This document shows positions 28,080 through 36,603 of a stretch of 64,000 nucleotides of DNA, piece after piece. Position 1 is the first letter of the stretch; each line of letters opens with the position of its first letter. A program made the translations under genes and the position numbers. Below the pieces are notes generated by a model that was not told the DNA's origin, made no database searches, and worked only from the letters and a program-made list of their open reading frames with translations. This DNA comes from Candidatus Latescibacterota bacterium (GTDB lineage Bacteria > Krumholzibacteriota > Krumholzibacteriia > WVZY01 > JAKEHA01): positions 741,630-805,629 of the forward strand of contig CAVTNQ010000002.1 in NCBI GenBank assembly GCA_963736125.1. Direction: 5' to 3'.

Positions 28080-28895
28080 GTGGCCCGTCCTATCGTCCTG
28101 CTCACCGATTACGGGAGCGACGAATTCTACGCCGGCGTCACGCGCGCGGTGATGGCGTCGGCTTCGCCGGCGTCGACGGTGATCGATCTCACCCACGATA
28201 TTCCCGCCCACGACGTCGCGCGCGCGAGCTTCGTGCTGGCGCGATCCCTCGACTACTTGCCGGTCGATGCGGTCGTGGTGGTGGTGGTGGACCCCGGTGT
28301 GGGGACGACGCGGCGCGGTGTGCTGATCGAGGTGGGGGAGCGCGTTCTGGTCGGGCCGGACAACGGCTTCGCGAGCGATCTACTCGCCGCGGGTGTGTCC
28401 GCGCGGTTCGCATCGATCGACGAAGACGCCGCGCAGGAGGCCACGGGTCGTGCGCCGCGCGGCGCCACGTTTCACGGGCGCGATCTGTTTGCTCCCGTCG
28501 CCGCGGCGATCGCGCGCGGCGCACAGCCTTCGACCTTCGCGCGCAGCACGGACCGTGTCGTCATGCTGCGCGATGTTCCCAGCGTCACCATCGACGGCGG
28601 CCGCGTACGCGGCCTCGGGCGCCACATCGATCGTTTCGGCAACGTGATCTCGGACATTGCGCGCGGTGTCATCGAGCACGTGTTCGGCGCCGAGCTTGGC
28701 CGCGTGCGCGCGCGCGTCGGACGCGTCGACGCGGGGGCGTTGCGGCGCACCTACGCGGACGGCGCGCCGGACGAGGTCATCGTGTTACTCGATAGTTGGG
28801 ACCTGGTCGAAGCCGCCGTCAACGGGGGACGCGCGTGCGACGCGCTCGGCGCTGCACGGCCGCACGACGTGGCGTTCGAATTGTTCGCCGAGTGA
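28080..28895 (+). CDS. SAM hydroxide adenosyltransferase / chlorinase-fluorinase family (DUF62)
   Basis: LLTDYG, IDLTH, VVDPGVGT.RR, VGPDNG, TFHGRDLF and IDRFGN. Confidence 0.9.
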   Translation: MARPIVLLTDYGSDEFYAGVTRAVMASASPASTVIDLTHDIPAHDVARASFVLARSLDYLPVDAVVVVVVDPGVGTTRRGVLIEVGERVLVGPDNGFASDLLAAGVSARFASIDEDAAQEATGRAPRGATFHGRDLFAPVAAAIARGAQPSTFARSTDRVVMLRDVPSVTIDGGRVRGLGRHIDRFGNVISDIARGVIEHVFGAELGRVRARVGRVDAGALRRTYADGAPDEVIVLLDSWDLVEAAVNGGRACDALGAARPHDVAFELFAE

Positions 28896-29102
28896 GACGG
28901 CCGTGGACGACGCCCTCGCGCGCCTTTTTTGGGCTTCAAGGTCGCCCCGCGATGCGCTATGCTTTCGCGCCCGGAAAAGTGCGAGGGTCACGCCCCGATC
29001 ATGGGGCCGGTTCGCTCCCGGACCGGCGCTTCCGATCCAACAATAATCCGAGTGGTGGCCATGCACCCATCGTGCATCGGTCGGACCGAAAGCAGTAGGA
29101 GA

Positions 29103-29813
29103 ATGGAATCGATGAAACGCGTGTTGACGACATTGAGCCTGACGCTGGTGGCCTGCATCCTGGCGGATTCCGCCCGCGCCCAAGTGGGTGCCCCGCCGGA
29201 AGAGCAGAAGTACTTCCGCATCCCGCACAAGTATCACATCTACTTAGAGCTCGGCGGATCGTTGCCGTCCAAACCCGGCGTGTTCAGCAACTACTGGAAC
29301 TCGTCGCTCTTGTTCGCCACCGGCGGCGGTATCAACGTGATTCCGTGGCTCGATGTGAACTTCAACTACACGTACACCTCGTGGTCCAACAACCCGACGA
29401 AGTCGAAACCGGTCATCGGCTTCGTCGGCGTGCCGGACGTCGAGGGCGGTCTCATCACGACGATGACGTTCTCCGGTTCGGCGCGTTTCCTCGCGGTGCC
29501 GAACTCGCGCACCAACCCGTTTGCGGAAATCGCCGTGGGTTACTACAAGACCAAGGGTGAGGACCTTTTCATCGAAGATGTGCTCACCAACTCGATGCAG
29601 GACGCGAGCGGTATCATGATCGCGCCTTCGATCGGCATCCAGTACGCGCTGGCCGACAGCTGGAGCGCATACGCCAAGTACTCCTATAATAGGTGCAAGA
29701 GCGACGTGTTCGCTCCCGGCGACCTGTTGGCGCCCGAAGGCGGCGCGCCGCCGGTCAAGGGCGAGGCCGAGGTCTTCCAGACCATCACCGTCGGCATCAT
29801 GCTGCGCTTCTAG
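29103..29813 (+). CDS. Outer-membrane beta-barrel protein (8-stranded type)
   Basis: Signal peptide ending ARA, amphipathic strands and C-terminal VGIMLRF. Start 29103 or 29112. Confidence 0.7.
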   Translation: MESMKRVLTTLSLTLVACILADSARAQVGAPPEEQKYFRIPHKYHIYLELGGSLPSKPGVFSNYWNSSLLFATGGGINVIPWLDVNFNYTYTSWSNNPTKSKPVIGFVGVPDVEGGLITTMTFSGSARFLAVPNSRTNPFAEIAVGYYKTKGEDLFIEDVLTNSMQDASGIMIAPSIGIQYALADSWSAYAKYSYNRCKSDVFAPGDLLAPEGGAPPVKGEAEVFQTITVGIMLRF

Positions 29814-29833
29814 TCGAAGGCGCGCGAAGACCC

Positions 29834-30433
29834 ATGCGCGTCCTCCCGCTCGTCGTTGTCCTGTTCGTCGGCGCGTTGCTGCTCGCCACGCGCGCGTTCG
29901 CCGAGCAGCCGGTCCGAAACGGCGCTTCGGTCGGATTCGGCTTGGGGGGAGCAACGGTGTCGTGGACGTGGCCCGACAACGAACGTCGCAGCGAGTCGTC
30001 GGGGGCCGGCAACGCGCGCGTCGCGTGGGCCTTCAATCAGGAGCTGTTGCTCGGCGTTGAAATGTGGACGTGGGCCAAGGACTACGAGATCGGCAGCACG
30101 CCCGAAGACGTCCCCGCCGAAGCGACCGTGTGGGCGATCGCCGTTGCCGCAACCTACTTTCCCGGCAGCACCGGGTTCTTCCTGCGCGGTGGCGTCGGTG
30201 TCGGAGGGGGAAGGGTCGATGTCACGCCGCCACCGGCGAATGATTTCCCGATCAACGGCACGTGGTCGGCCACGGGGATGTCGGTGTTGGGTGCGATGGG
30301 CTACGAGGTCGGGGTGACCGCACACATGGCATTGGGCGGCGCGATCCACGCGGTCTACATCGGTGTCGACTCGGGTCCCTTCGACAACGTCTTCGGCTAC
30401 GGTTTCACCGTGCAGCTCGATTGGTACTGGTAG
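29834..30433 (+). CDS. Outer-membrane beta-barrel protein
   Basis: Signal peptide ending AFA, Gly-rich strands (ATYFP..GFFLRGGVG) and C-terminal QLDWYW. Confidence 0.7.
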   Translation: MRVLPLVVVLFVGALLLATRAFAEQPVRNGASVGFGLGGATVSWTWPDNERRSESSGAGNARVAWAFNQELLLGVEMWTWAKDYEIGSTPEDVPAEATVWAIAVAATYFPGSTGFFLRGGVGVGGGRVDVTPPPANDFPINGTWSATGMSVLGAMGYEVGVTAHMALGGAIHAVYIGVDSGPFDNVFGYGFTVQLDWYW

Positions 30434-30490
30434 GTCACAGACACGGCACGCGACGTGCTAGCATTCCGCAGTCGAACCCCGAGGTCCAAC

Positions 30491-31528
30491 ATGCCCTCCG
30501 AAATCAACAAGATCGGCCCCACTAGCGTCATCACGATCGAGCGCCACATTCTCATGGAGCAGGAGAAGTTCCCGGATTCTTCGGGCGCTTTGACCAGCCT
30601 CCTCTACGACATCGCGCTGGCCGGCAAGCTCATCGCGAGTCGCACCCAGCGCGCGGGTCTCGCCGACATCCTCGGCTCGGCCGGCCACGAGAACGTGCAG
30701 GGCGAAGAAGTGCAGAAGCTCGACGTGTACGCGCAGCGCACCATCTATCAGCTCAACGACCACACCGGTCGCTTGTGTTGTATGGCTTCGGAAGAGTCCC
30801 AGGACATCATCCCCATCCCCGAACCGTATCCCAACGGCGACTACGTGCTTGTCTTCGATCCGCTCGACGGTTCCACCAACATCGATTTCAATGTCGCCGT
30901 TGGAACGATCTTCGCCATTTTTCGGCGTCGTTCGAAGTCGGGGCCGGGGCGCATGGAAGACGTGTTGCAAAGCGGGCGCGAGATCGTCGCGGGTGGATAT
31001 CTCGTGTACGGCTCGAGTACGATGCTCGTCTACACCACCGGCCACGGGGTCAACGGGTTCACGCTCGACCCGTCGATCGGCGAGTTCTTGCTGTCGCACC
31101 CGAACGTGCGCATTCCGGATCGATCGAAGTACTACAGCGTCAATCAGGGAAACGACAAGTATTGGACCGAAGGCGTTCGGCGCTACACGCGCTGGCTCCA
31201 GGGCGAAGAAGGAAATTCGAAGGCCCTCTCGCTGCGCTACATTGGATCGATGGTGGCCGACGTCCACCGCACACTTTTCGCCGGCGGCGTGTTCTACTAT
31301 CCCGCCGACACCAAGGACCCCAAGAAGCCGGTCGGGAAACTCCGGCTTCTCTACGAAGCAGTGCCGATGGCGTATGTGATCGAGCAAGCGGGCGGTTACG
31401 GCTCGACCGGCCGCGGTCCGATCCTCGACGTCGAGCCGCAAGCTCTCCACCAGCGCACGCCGGTCTTCGTCGGCAACCGCGACGTCGTCGAAAAAGCCGA
31501 AGAGTTCATCGAGAAGTACGACCGCTAG
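30491..31528 (+). CDS. fbp: Fructose-1,6-bisphosphatase class 1
   Basis: [37 protein letters not shown] and GKLRLLYE. Confidence 0.97.
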   Translation: MPSEINKIGPTSVITIERHILMEQEKFPDSSGALTSLLYDIALAGKLIASRTQRAGLADILGSAGHENVQGEEVQKLDVYAQRTIYQLNDHTGRLCCMASEESQDIIPIPEPYPNGDYVLVFDPLDGSTNIDFNVAVGTIFAIFRRRSKSGPGRMEDVLQSGREIVAGGYLVYGSSTMLVYTTGHGVNGFTLDPSIGEFLLSHPNVRIPDRSKYYSVNQGNDKYWTEGVRRYTRWLQGEEGNSKALSLRYIGSMVADVHRTLFAGGVFYYPADTKDPKKPVGKLRLLYEAVPMAYVIEQAGGYGSTGRGPILDVEPQALHQRTPVFVGNRDVVEKAEEFIEKYDR

Positions 31529-31533
31529 CGCCG

Positions 31534-33132
31534 TCAGCGGACGAACTGCGCGACGAAGTGCTCGGGATTGAGCGGTTCGTCGGTCGCGCGCGGCACCAAC
31601 GTGTCCCACCGCCAACGCTTTCCCGCCGTGAAGACTTTCTCGCGCAGAAAATCGCCGACCGCCGGCTGACCCACGATCGACGCGTGGCCGTTGCTCGCGC
31701 GCAGGACGCGCGACTGGATGGCGTGGTCGAGTTGCGAGGCGAACAACTCGCCCAGCATGTAGTTGTGGTAGTAGACCGGCGCCGATACGATGTGGATCTT
31801 GGCGGCCCAGTCAGGTTCGACGCGTCCGTCCGGCCGCGGCACCATTTGATATCGCTCCACCAAGTCCCACCACAACCGATTCAGGTCGCAGTCCGGGTCG
31901 GCGTACAACGCGCGCTCGAAACGTACCATCACCTGGCACCAACGCGCGAAAACGAGCTGGGAGAGCCGCGAATTGCGCTCCGACTCTCGCGCGAGTTGCT
32001 CGCGCTCCGCCGCCGGAACCCCGATCATGCGGTCGATCCAGTCGGAGTCCTTCGACAAACGCCCGAATAGCATCGCGATGGCCTCGGTAGCGAACACGTG
32101 CGCGTGCTCGCGCAGCAGAAAGGGGAGACCGGCGTCGATGTAGCGGTCGTAGACCGCGTGACCCAATTCGTGCAGCATGGTGCCGGCCCAGTTTTCGTCG
32201 TGCTGCACGTTGGCAAGCACGCGTACGTCACCGCGCCGATCGATGTCGAGGCAGTACGCGTGCTGCTCCTTGCCGGGCTTTTCGTACAGATCGCTGTGCG
32301 CCAGGATGTCGCGTACTTCCAGCCCGATCCCTTCGAAGAAGCGCCGCGCTGTTTCCACGACGTCGCGGTCGTGATAGTAACGATCGAAGTCGATGTCGAA
32401 GACCCGCGGCGTTTCCTGAAAAAACGGATCCTCGTAGTGCCACGGGCGCAGATCGGCCCGTGCCACGGCATAGCGCCGCGCGAGGACCGCGTCGATCTCG
32501 GCCTTGGCGCGCGCGAAGGGTTCGCGGGTGGCGGCGTCGAGCCGGTCGAAGAGATCGACGAGAACGTCGGCATTCTGCTCGGACAATTCGAGCGACATGA
32601 CGTAGTAGTCGGTGAAACCGAGCGAGCGTGCCACTTCGTTGCGCAAACGCACCAATTGCAGGAGCTCGTCGCGCACCTCGCGACCGACCGCCTTGTCGGC
32701 CTCCCACACGCGCCGCCGGTAGCCGGCGTCGGGACTCTGCTTCAAGGCGTTGCGCACGTCGTTGCCGGTCAGTGAGCGGCCGTCGACGCGCGCCCGATAG
32801 GTTCCAAACGACTGCACGATCTTACTCGAGAGCCGCGTCATCTCTTCGATGCTCGCGGGGTCGATCTGATTGCGGAGATAGGCCTTGTACAAGAGGTCGA
32901 GTTGCCGGCGCTCCAGTTCGTCGTCGCCGCCGGCGTCGAGCCATTTCTTCACATCCTCGAATTCTCTCGCACTGGTGTAGACCCTCTGCAGTTCGACCTC
33001 GAGTTTCGCGTATCGTTCAAAGTCCTCGGGGCGGCCGGAAATGGTGGCGTTCCAATAGGCGAGGTTGACGTCGCGGGAGAGCGGTTCGATGCGCGCCACG
33101 TGGGCGTCGAGAAACGAGCGGATGGCAGTCAT
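31534..33132 (-). CDS. M3/M2-type zinc oligopeptidase
   Basis: LHELGH, downstream TEAIAM, DLYEKPGK.QHAYC and KIHIVSAPVYYHNYMLG. Confidence 0.87.
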   Translation of the reverse strand: MTAIRSFLDAHVARIEPLSRDVNLAYWNATISGRPEDFERYAKLEVELQRVYTSAREFEDVKKWLDAGGDDELERRQLDLLYKAYLRNQIDPASIEEMTRLSSKIVQSFGTYRARVDGRSLTGNDVRNALKQSPDAGYRRRVWEADKAVGREVRDELLQLVRLRNEVARSLGFTDYYVMSLELSEQNADVLVDLFDRLDAATREPFARAKAEIDAVLARRYAVARADLRPWHYEDPFFQETPRVFDIDFDRYYHDRDVVETARRFFEGIGLEVRDILAHSDLYEKPGKEQHAYCLDIDRRGDVRVLANVQHDENWAGTMLHELGHAVYDRYIDAGLPFLLREHAHVFATEAIAMLFGRLSKDSDWIDRMIGVPAAEREQLARESERNSRLSQLVFARWCQVMVRFERALYADPDCDLNRLWWDLVERYQMVPRPDGRVEPDWAAKIHIVSAPVYYHNYMLGELFASQLDHAIQSRVLRASNGHASIVGQPAVGDFLREKVFTAGKRWRWDTLVPRATDEPLNPEHFVAQFVR

Positions 33133-33335
33133 GGCGCTTCCTGGCGTTGGGAAACGGATCTCGCGCCCGGTGGGTGCGAGGTGGGTCGGCGGTCGACACG
33201 TTACCGCAGGCCGGTTTGGTTCCGCCAGGGCAAAAATGGCAATTGTTTTCGTGGCAAGCGCTTCGGCCCCGGTCGTAGAATCGCCCGCAAAATAGCGCCG
33301 AATTTTCCCGAGGCCGCGACTGTACTCGTGCGCAT

Positions 33336-33974
33336 ATGGAAGCCAGCGTGCGGGCCGTGGCCGGGCCGACCGTCCCGGAGCTCCCGTTGAACGTCGATAA
33401 CGAGCGCGAGGTCATTCGCGAGTGGAAGCGCGGCAACAAGCGCGCCTACGAGGTGCTCGTCCGTCGCTACATGTCGGACGCGTACCTGGTCGCGTACGGC
33501 TACGTCGGCAACTCCGAGGACGCGCGCGATCTGTCGCAAGAGGCCTTCGTCAAGGTCTACCAGGCGCGGGCCCGATTCGACGAAGAGCGCCCCTTCTATC
33601 CATGGTTCTACCGCGTGCTTCGCAATCACTGTCTCAATTTCTTGCGGCGCGGGCGGGTCGAGGTCTCGATCGATAACGAGAACTCGTACCGCGAAATCGC
33701 GTCCCCGCAGCCGACGGCCCTCGAAGACCTCGAGAGCGAGGAGCGCCGTCGCATCGTGCGCGCGGCGGTCGCGCGCTTGTCGGACGATCACCGGGAGATC
33801 ATCGTGCTGAAAAACTTCAAAGATTGCTCGTACAAGGAGATCTCCGAAATCCTCGAGATTCCACTAGGCACTGTCATGTCGCGACTGTTCTATGCGCGAC
33901 AAGCGCTGCGCGCATTGGTCGAGGAAATCGAGGGCGCTAGCAGCATGAAACCGAATCGGAGGGGTGCCTCTTGA
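33336..33974 (+). CDS. ECF RNA polymerase sigma factor
   Basis: Region 2 DARDLSQEAF..FYPWFYRV.RN and region 4 YKEISEILEIPLGTVMSRLFYAR. Start approximate. Confidence 0.93.
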   Translation: MEASVRAVAGPTVPELPLNVDNEREVIREWKRGNKRAYEVLVRRYMSDAYLVAYGYVGNSEDARDLSQEAFVKVYQARARFDEERPFYPWFYRVLRNHCLNFLRRGRVEVSIDNENSYREIASPQPTALEDLESEERRRIVRAAVARLSDDHREIIVLKNFKDCSYKEISEILEIPLGTVMSRLFYARQALRALVEEIEGASSMKPNRRGAS

Positions 33975-34411
33975 ACCCGACCTGCACGCGCTATCAAACC
34001 GACGGCATGCGTTGGCTCGACGGCGAGTTGTCCGCACCGGAAGCCGAACACTACCAGGCCCACGTGCGCGAGTGCGCCGAGTGCACGCGCGAACTTTCGT
34101 CATTGGGCCGCATCGTTCGCATGACCGACGATCTCAAGTTGCGCGCCCCCGACGACCAATTCTGGGAGGGCTACTGGGAGAGCGTATACCGAAGGAGCGA
34201 ACGCCGCGTCGGCTTCGTGCTGTTGGTGGCCGGTGTCCTGGCCCTGCTCGGCTACGCGATCTTCCGCGCCCTCACCTCGCCGGCGCTGTTGACGTACGAG
34301 GGCATTAGCCTGATGCTCATTCTCGTGGGCCTGGTCGTCATCTTCATTTCAGTCGCGCGCGAGCGCTATCACGAGAGCAAGAACGATCCTTACAAGGAGG
34401 TCGAGCGATGA
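33971..34411 (+). CDS. Zinc-finger (zf-HC2/ZAS) anti-sigma factor with two TM helices
   Basis: LDGELS...HVRECAEC, two hydrophobic helices and C-terminal DPYKEVER. Overlaps the sigma gene stop. Confidence 0.85.
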   Translation: MNPTCTRYQTDGMRWLDGELSAPEAEHYQAHVRECAECTRELSSLGRIVRMTDDLKLRAPDDQFWEGYWESVYRRSERRVGFVLLVAGVLALLGYAIFRALTSPALLTYEGISLMLILVGLVVIFISVARERYHESKNDPYKEVER

Positions 34412-34728
34412 TCATCGTGACCACCGACGAGGTGCCCGGGCATCGCGTCACGAAGGTTTTCGGCCTCGTGCAGGGGAGTTCCGTGCGTGCGCGACACCTG
34501 GGCAAGGACATCCTCGCGTTCTTCAAGAATCTCACCGGCGGCGAAATCCACGAGTACACCAAGCTGCTGGCGGAGTCGCGCGAGCAGTGCCTCGACCGCA
34601 TGCGCGAAGAAGCCACGAAATTCGGCGCCAACGCGATCGTGGCGGCGCGCTTCTCTTCAACCGACATCTCCGACGGAGCCTCCGAGCTCCTCGTGTACGG
34701 AACCGCCGTCATCATCGAGCACGTGTAG
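34408..34728 (+). CDS. YbjQ family (UPF0145) putative heavy-metal-binding protein
   Basis: MIIVTT, GLVQGS, GGEIHEYTKLL.ESR, GANAIV and YGTAV. Confidence 0.93.
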   Translation: MIIVTTDEVPGHRVTKVFGLVQGSSVRARHLGKDILAFFKNLTGGEIHEYTKLLAESREQCLDRMREEATKFGANAIVAARFSSTDISDGASELLVYGTAVIIEHV

Positions 34729-34775
34729 CGGCCGTCGGTTTGCCGCGCCGTTCGCACGCATGCTATAGTGCGAAC

Positions 34776-35615
34776 ATGCGTTTCGGTGATTGGCACGTTC
34801 GCACGTGCATCGCGGGCCGGTTCCGGCTCGACGGCGGTGCCATGTTCGGCGTGGTGCCCAAGACGATGTGGGAGCGCTTGATCACGCCCGACGCGTTCAA
34901 TCGCGTTCCGATGGTAATGCGCATCCTGCTCGTGCAAGGTCTCGGCAAGACCATCGTGGTCGACGTGGGCGCGGGCGCGGGCCACAGCGAGAAGAACCGG
35001 CAAGTGTACGCGTTCGAAGACACCGACCATTTGGCTGCGACGATTCGCGCGCACGGTGTGGATCCCGACGACGTCACCGACATTCTCCTTACTCATCTTC
35101 ATTTCGACCACGGAGCGGGCATCGTCGACCCCGACGGCGACGACTGGCGACTCGTGTTTCCGCGCGCCGCGCACCACGTGCAGCGGAGTCAATGGAAGCA
35201 CGCGTTCGCTCCCACCCCGCGCGACAAGGCGAGCTACTACGAAGACCGGCTGCGCGTCATGGAACGCGAGGGCGTGCTGCGACTGCACGACGGACCGTGG
35301 TCGCTCTCCCCCGGCTTCGACCTGCTCGTCTTCGACGGCCACACCCCGGGGCAGCAACTGCCGGTCATCGGGGGCGGGGCGGGGTCTCTGTTCTATTGCG
35401 GCGACTTGCTGCCGACTCACCACCATATTCCGACCCCCTACGTCATGAGCTACGACCTCTATCCCGTGACCGTCATGGAGGAAAAAGCGGCGCTCCTGGA
35501 GCGCGCCGAGGCCGGCAAGTGGTTGCTGTGCTTCGAGCACGACGCCCATCTCGAGGCGTGCCATATACAGAAGGAGGGCAAGCGTTTCGCGGCCGGCGAG
35601 GCAATTTCGATCTAG
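34776..35615 (+). CDS. MBL-fold metallo-hydrolase (YtnP-like)
   Basis: LDGGAMFGVVPK, THLHFDH, GHTPG, GD and FEHD. Confidence 0.92.
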   Translation: MRFGDWHVRTCIAGRFRLDGGAMFGVVPKTMWERLITPDAFNRVPMVMRILLVQGLGKTIVVDVGAGAGHSEKNRQVYAFEDTDHLAATIRAHGVDPDDVTDILLTHLHFDHGAGIVDPDGDDWRLVFPRAAHHVQRSQWKHAFAPTPRDKASYYEDRLRVMEREGVLRLHDGPWSLSPGFDLLVFDGHTPGQQLPVIGGGAGSLFYCGDLLPTHHHIPTPYVMSYDLYPVTVMEEKAALLERAEAGKWLLCFEHDAHLEACHIQKEGKRFAAGEAISI

Positions 35616-35745
35616 CGAGAAACAATGGGAAACCGCTGCCGGAAGCCGGTGTAGAAGTTGCACGGTCCGCTTGACGGCGGCCCCCCTTTAGCTGATGATT
35701 GGGCGGGTTTCACCTCGATAGAGACACCTTCAGGAGGCGTTGGAC

Positions 35746-36501
35746 ATGACACGGAAGATTATGATGCTCGGAACCGTCGCCGCGTTTGGTTGGGCGGCTG
35801 CTATGGCCGGTCCCGCGTTCGCGTGTGACAAAGCCACGAAGACGGCTTCGGCCGCGTCTTCGGGCTGCACCAGGGACGCTTCCAAGGCGTCGGCGACGGC
35901 CGCGTCGACACACACGGCGTCGTGTTGCTCGCAGAGCGCGGTAAAGACCACGACCGCCGGCAACGTCCACAAGTCGATGATTCACTCGGCGATGGTTGCA
36001 CCCGGTGCGTGCCCGGCTCTCAACACGGCGGCCTTCGCGGCCGGTGTCAACGGGTCGACGGTGGCGGCGGGTAGCGGCAGTTGCTGCGAGTCGAAGTCGG
36101 CGGGTGCGGCGGCGGGTGCGACTTCTTGCGACAAAGCGGCTGCGATGCACACCGCGGGTGCAGGCCACTCCTGCGACGCCGCGGCCAAGACGGCGGGGAT
36201 GTCGGGTTGCGATAAGTCGATGCAGACGGCGGCGGCCGCGGTCGACGCGATTCCGTATCGCGAGGACAAGCGCCTCGTTTTGACGGGCGTTTACGAGTGC
36301 GGGCATTGCGAAGTCGGTGTGAGCGAAGAGTGCACGCCGATGTTCAAGACCGCGGATGGCAAGATCTACCCGCTATGGAATAGCAACCGCGTGTCGGCCT
36401 TGCGCAACGACAAGACGACCAAAAACGTCGAGATCGCGACCGTCGTGAAGAAGGTCGACGGTGTGAAGTACCTCGACGTCAAGAGCTACAAGACTCTCTA
36501 A
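35746..36501 (+). CDS. Hypothetical secreted Cys-rich low-complexity protein with C-terminal CxxC domain
   Basis: SD AGGAGG and signal peptide ending AFA. Repeated SCD/SCC units in an Ala/Ser/Thr-rich tract, then LTGVYECGHC..EC. Followed by a terminator. Confidence 0.78.
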   Translation: MTRKIMMLGTVAAFGWAAAMAGPAFACDKATKTASAASSGCTRDASKASATAASTHTASCCSQSAVKTTTAGNVHKSMIHSAMVAPGACPALNTAAFAAGVNGSTVAAGSGSCCESKSAGAAAGATSCDKAAAMHTAGAGHSCDAAAKTAGMSGCDKSMQTAAAAVDAIPYREDKRLVLTGVYECGHCEVGVSEECTPMFKTADGKIYPLWNSNRVSALRNDKTTKNVEIATVVKKVDGVKYLDVKSYKTL

Positions 36502-36542
36502 CCAGACGCGTCTCTCGCAGACGCACGTGGAACGGGAAACGA

Positions 36543-36578
36543 AGAAGGCCTCCCCGTCGGGAGGCCTTCTCTTTTTTT
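36543..36578 (+). terminator. Rho-independent terminator between convergent genes
   Basis: AGAAGGCCTCCC-CGTC-GGGAGGCCTTCT followed by CTTTTTTT. Confidence 0.9.
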
Positions 36579-36603
36579 GTCACACGAGTCGATCCGCGCC
36601 TGG

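Noticed and set aside
28080-28895. Fluorinase/chlorinase implying halogenated natural-product biosynthesis
   Set aside because: The TFHGRD motif fits the widespread SAM hydrolase type, and no biosynthetic cluster is nearby.
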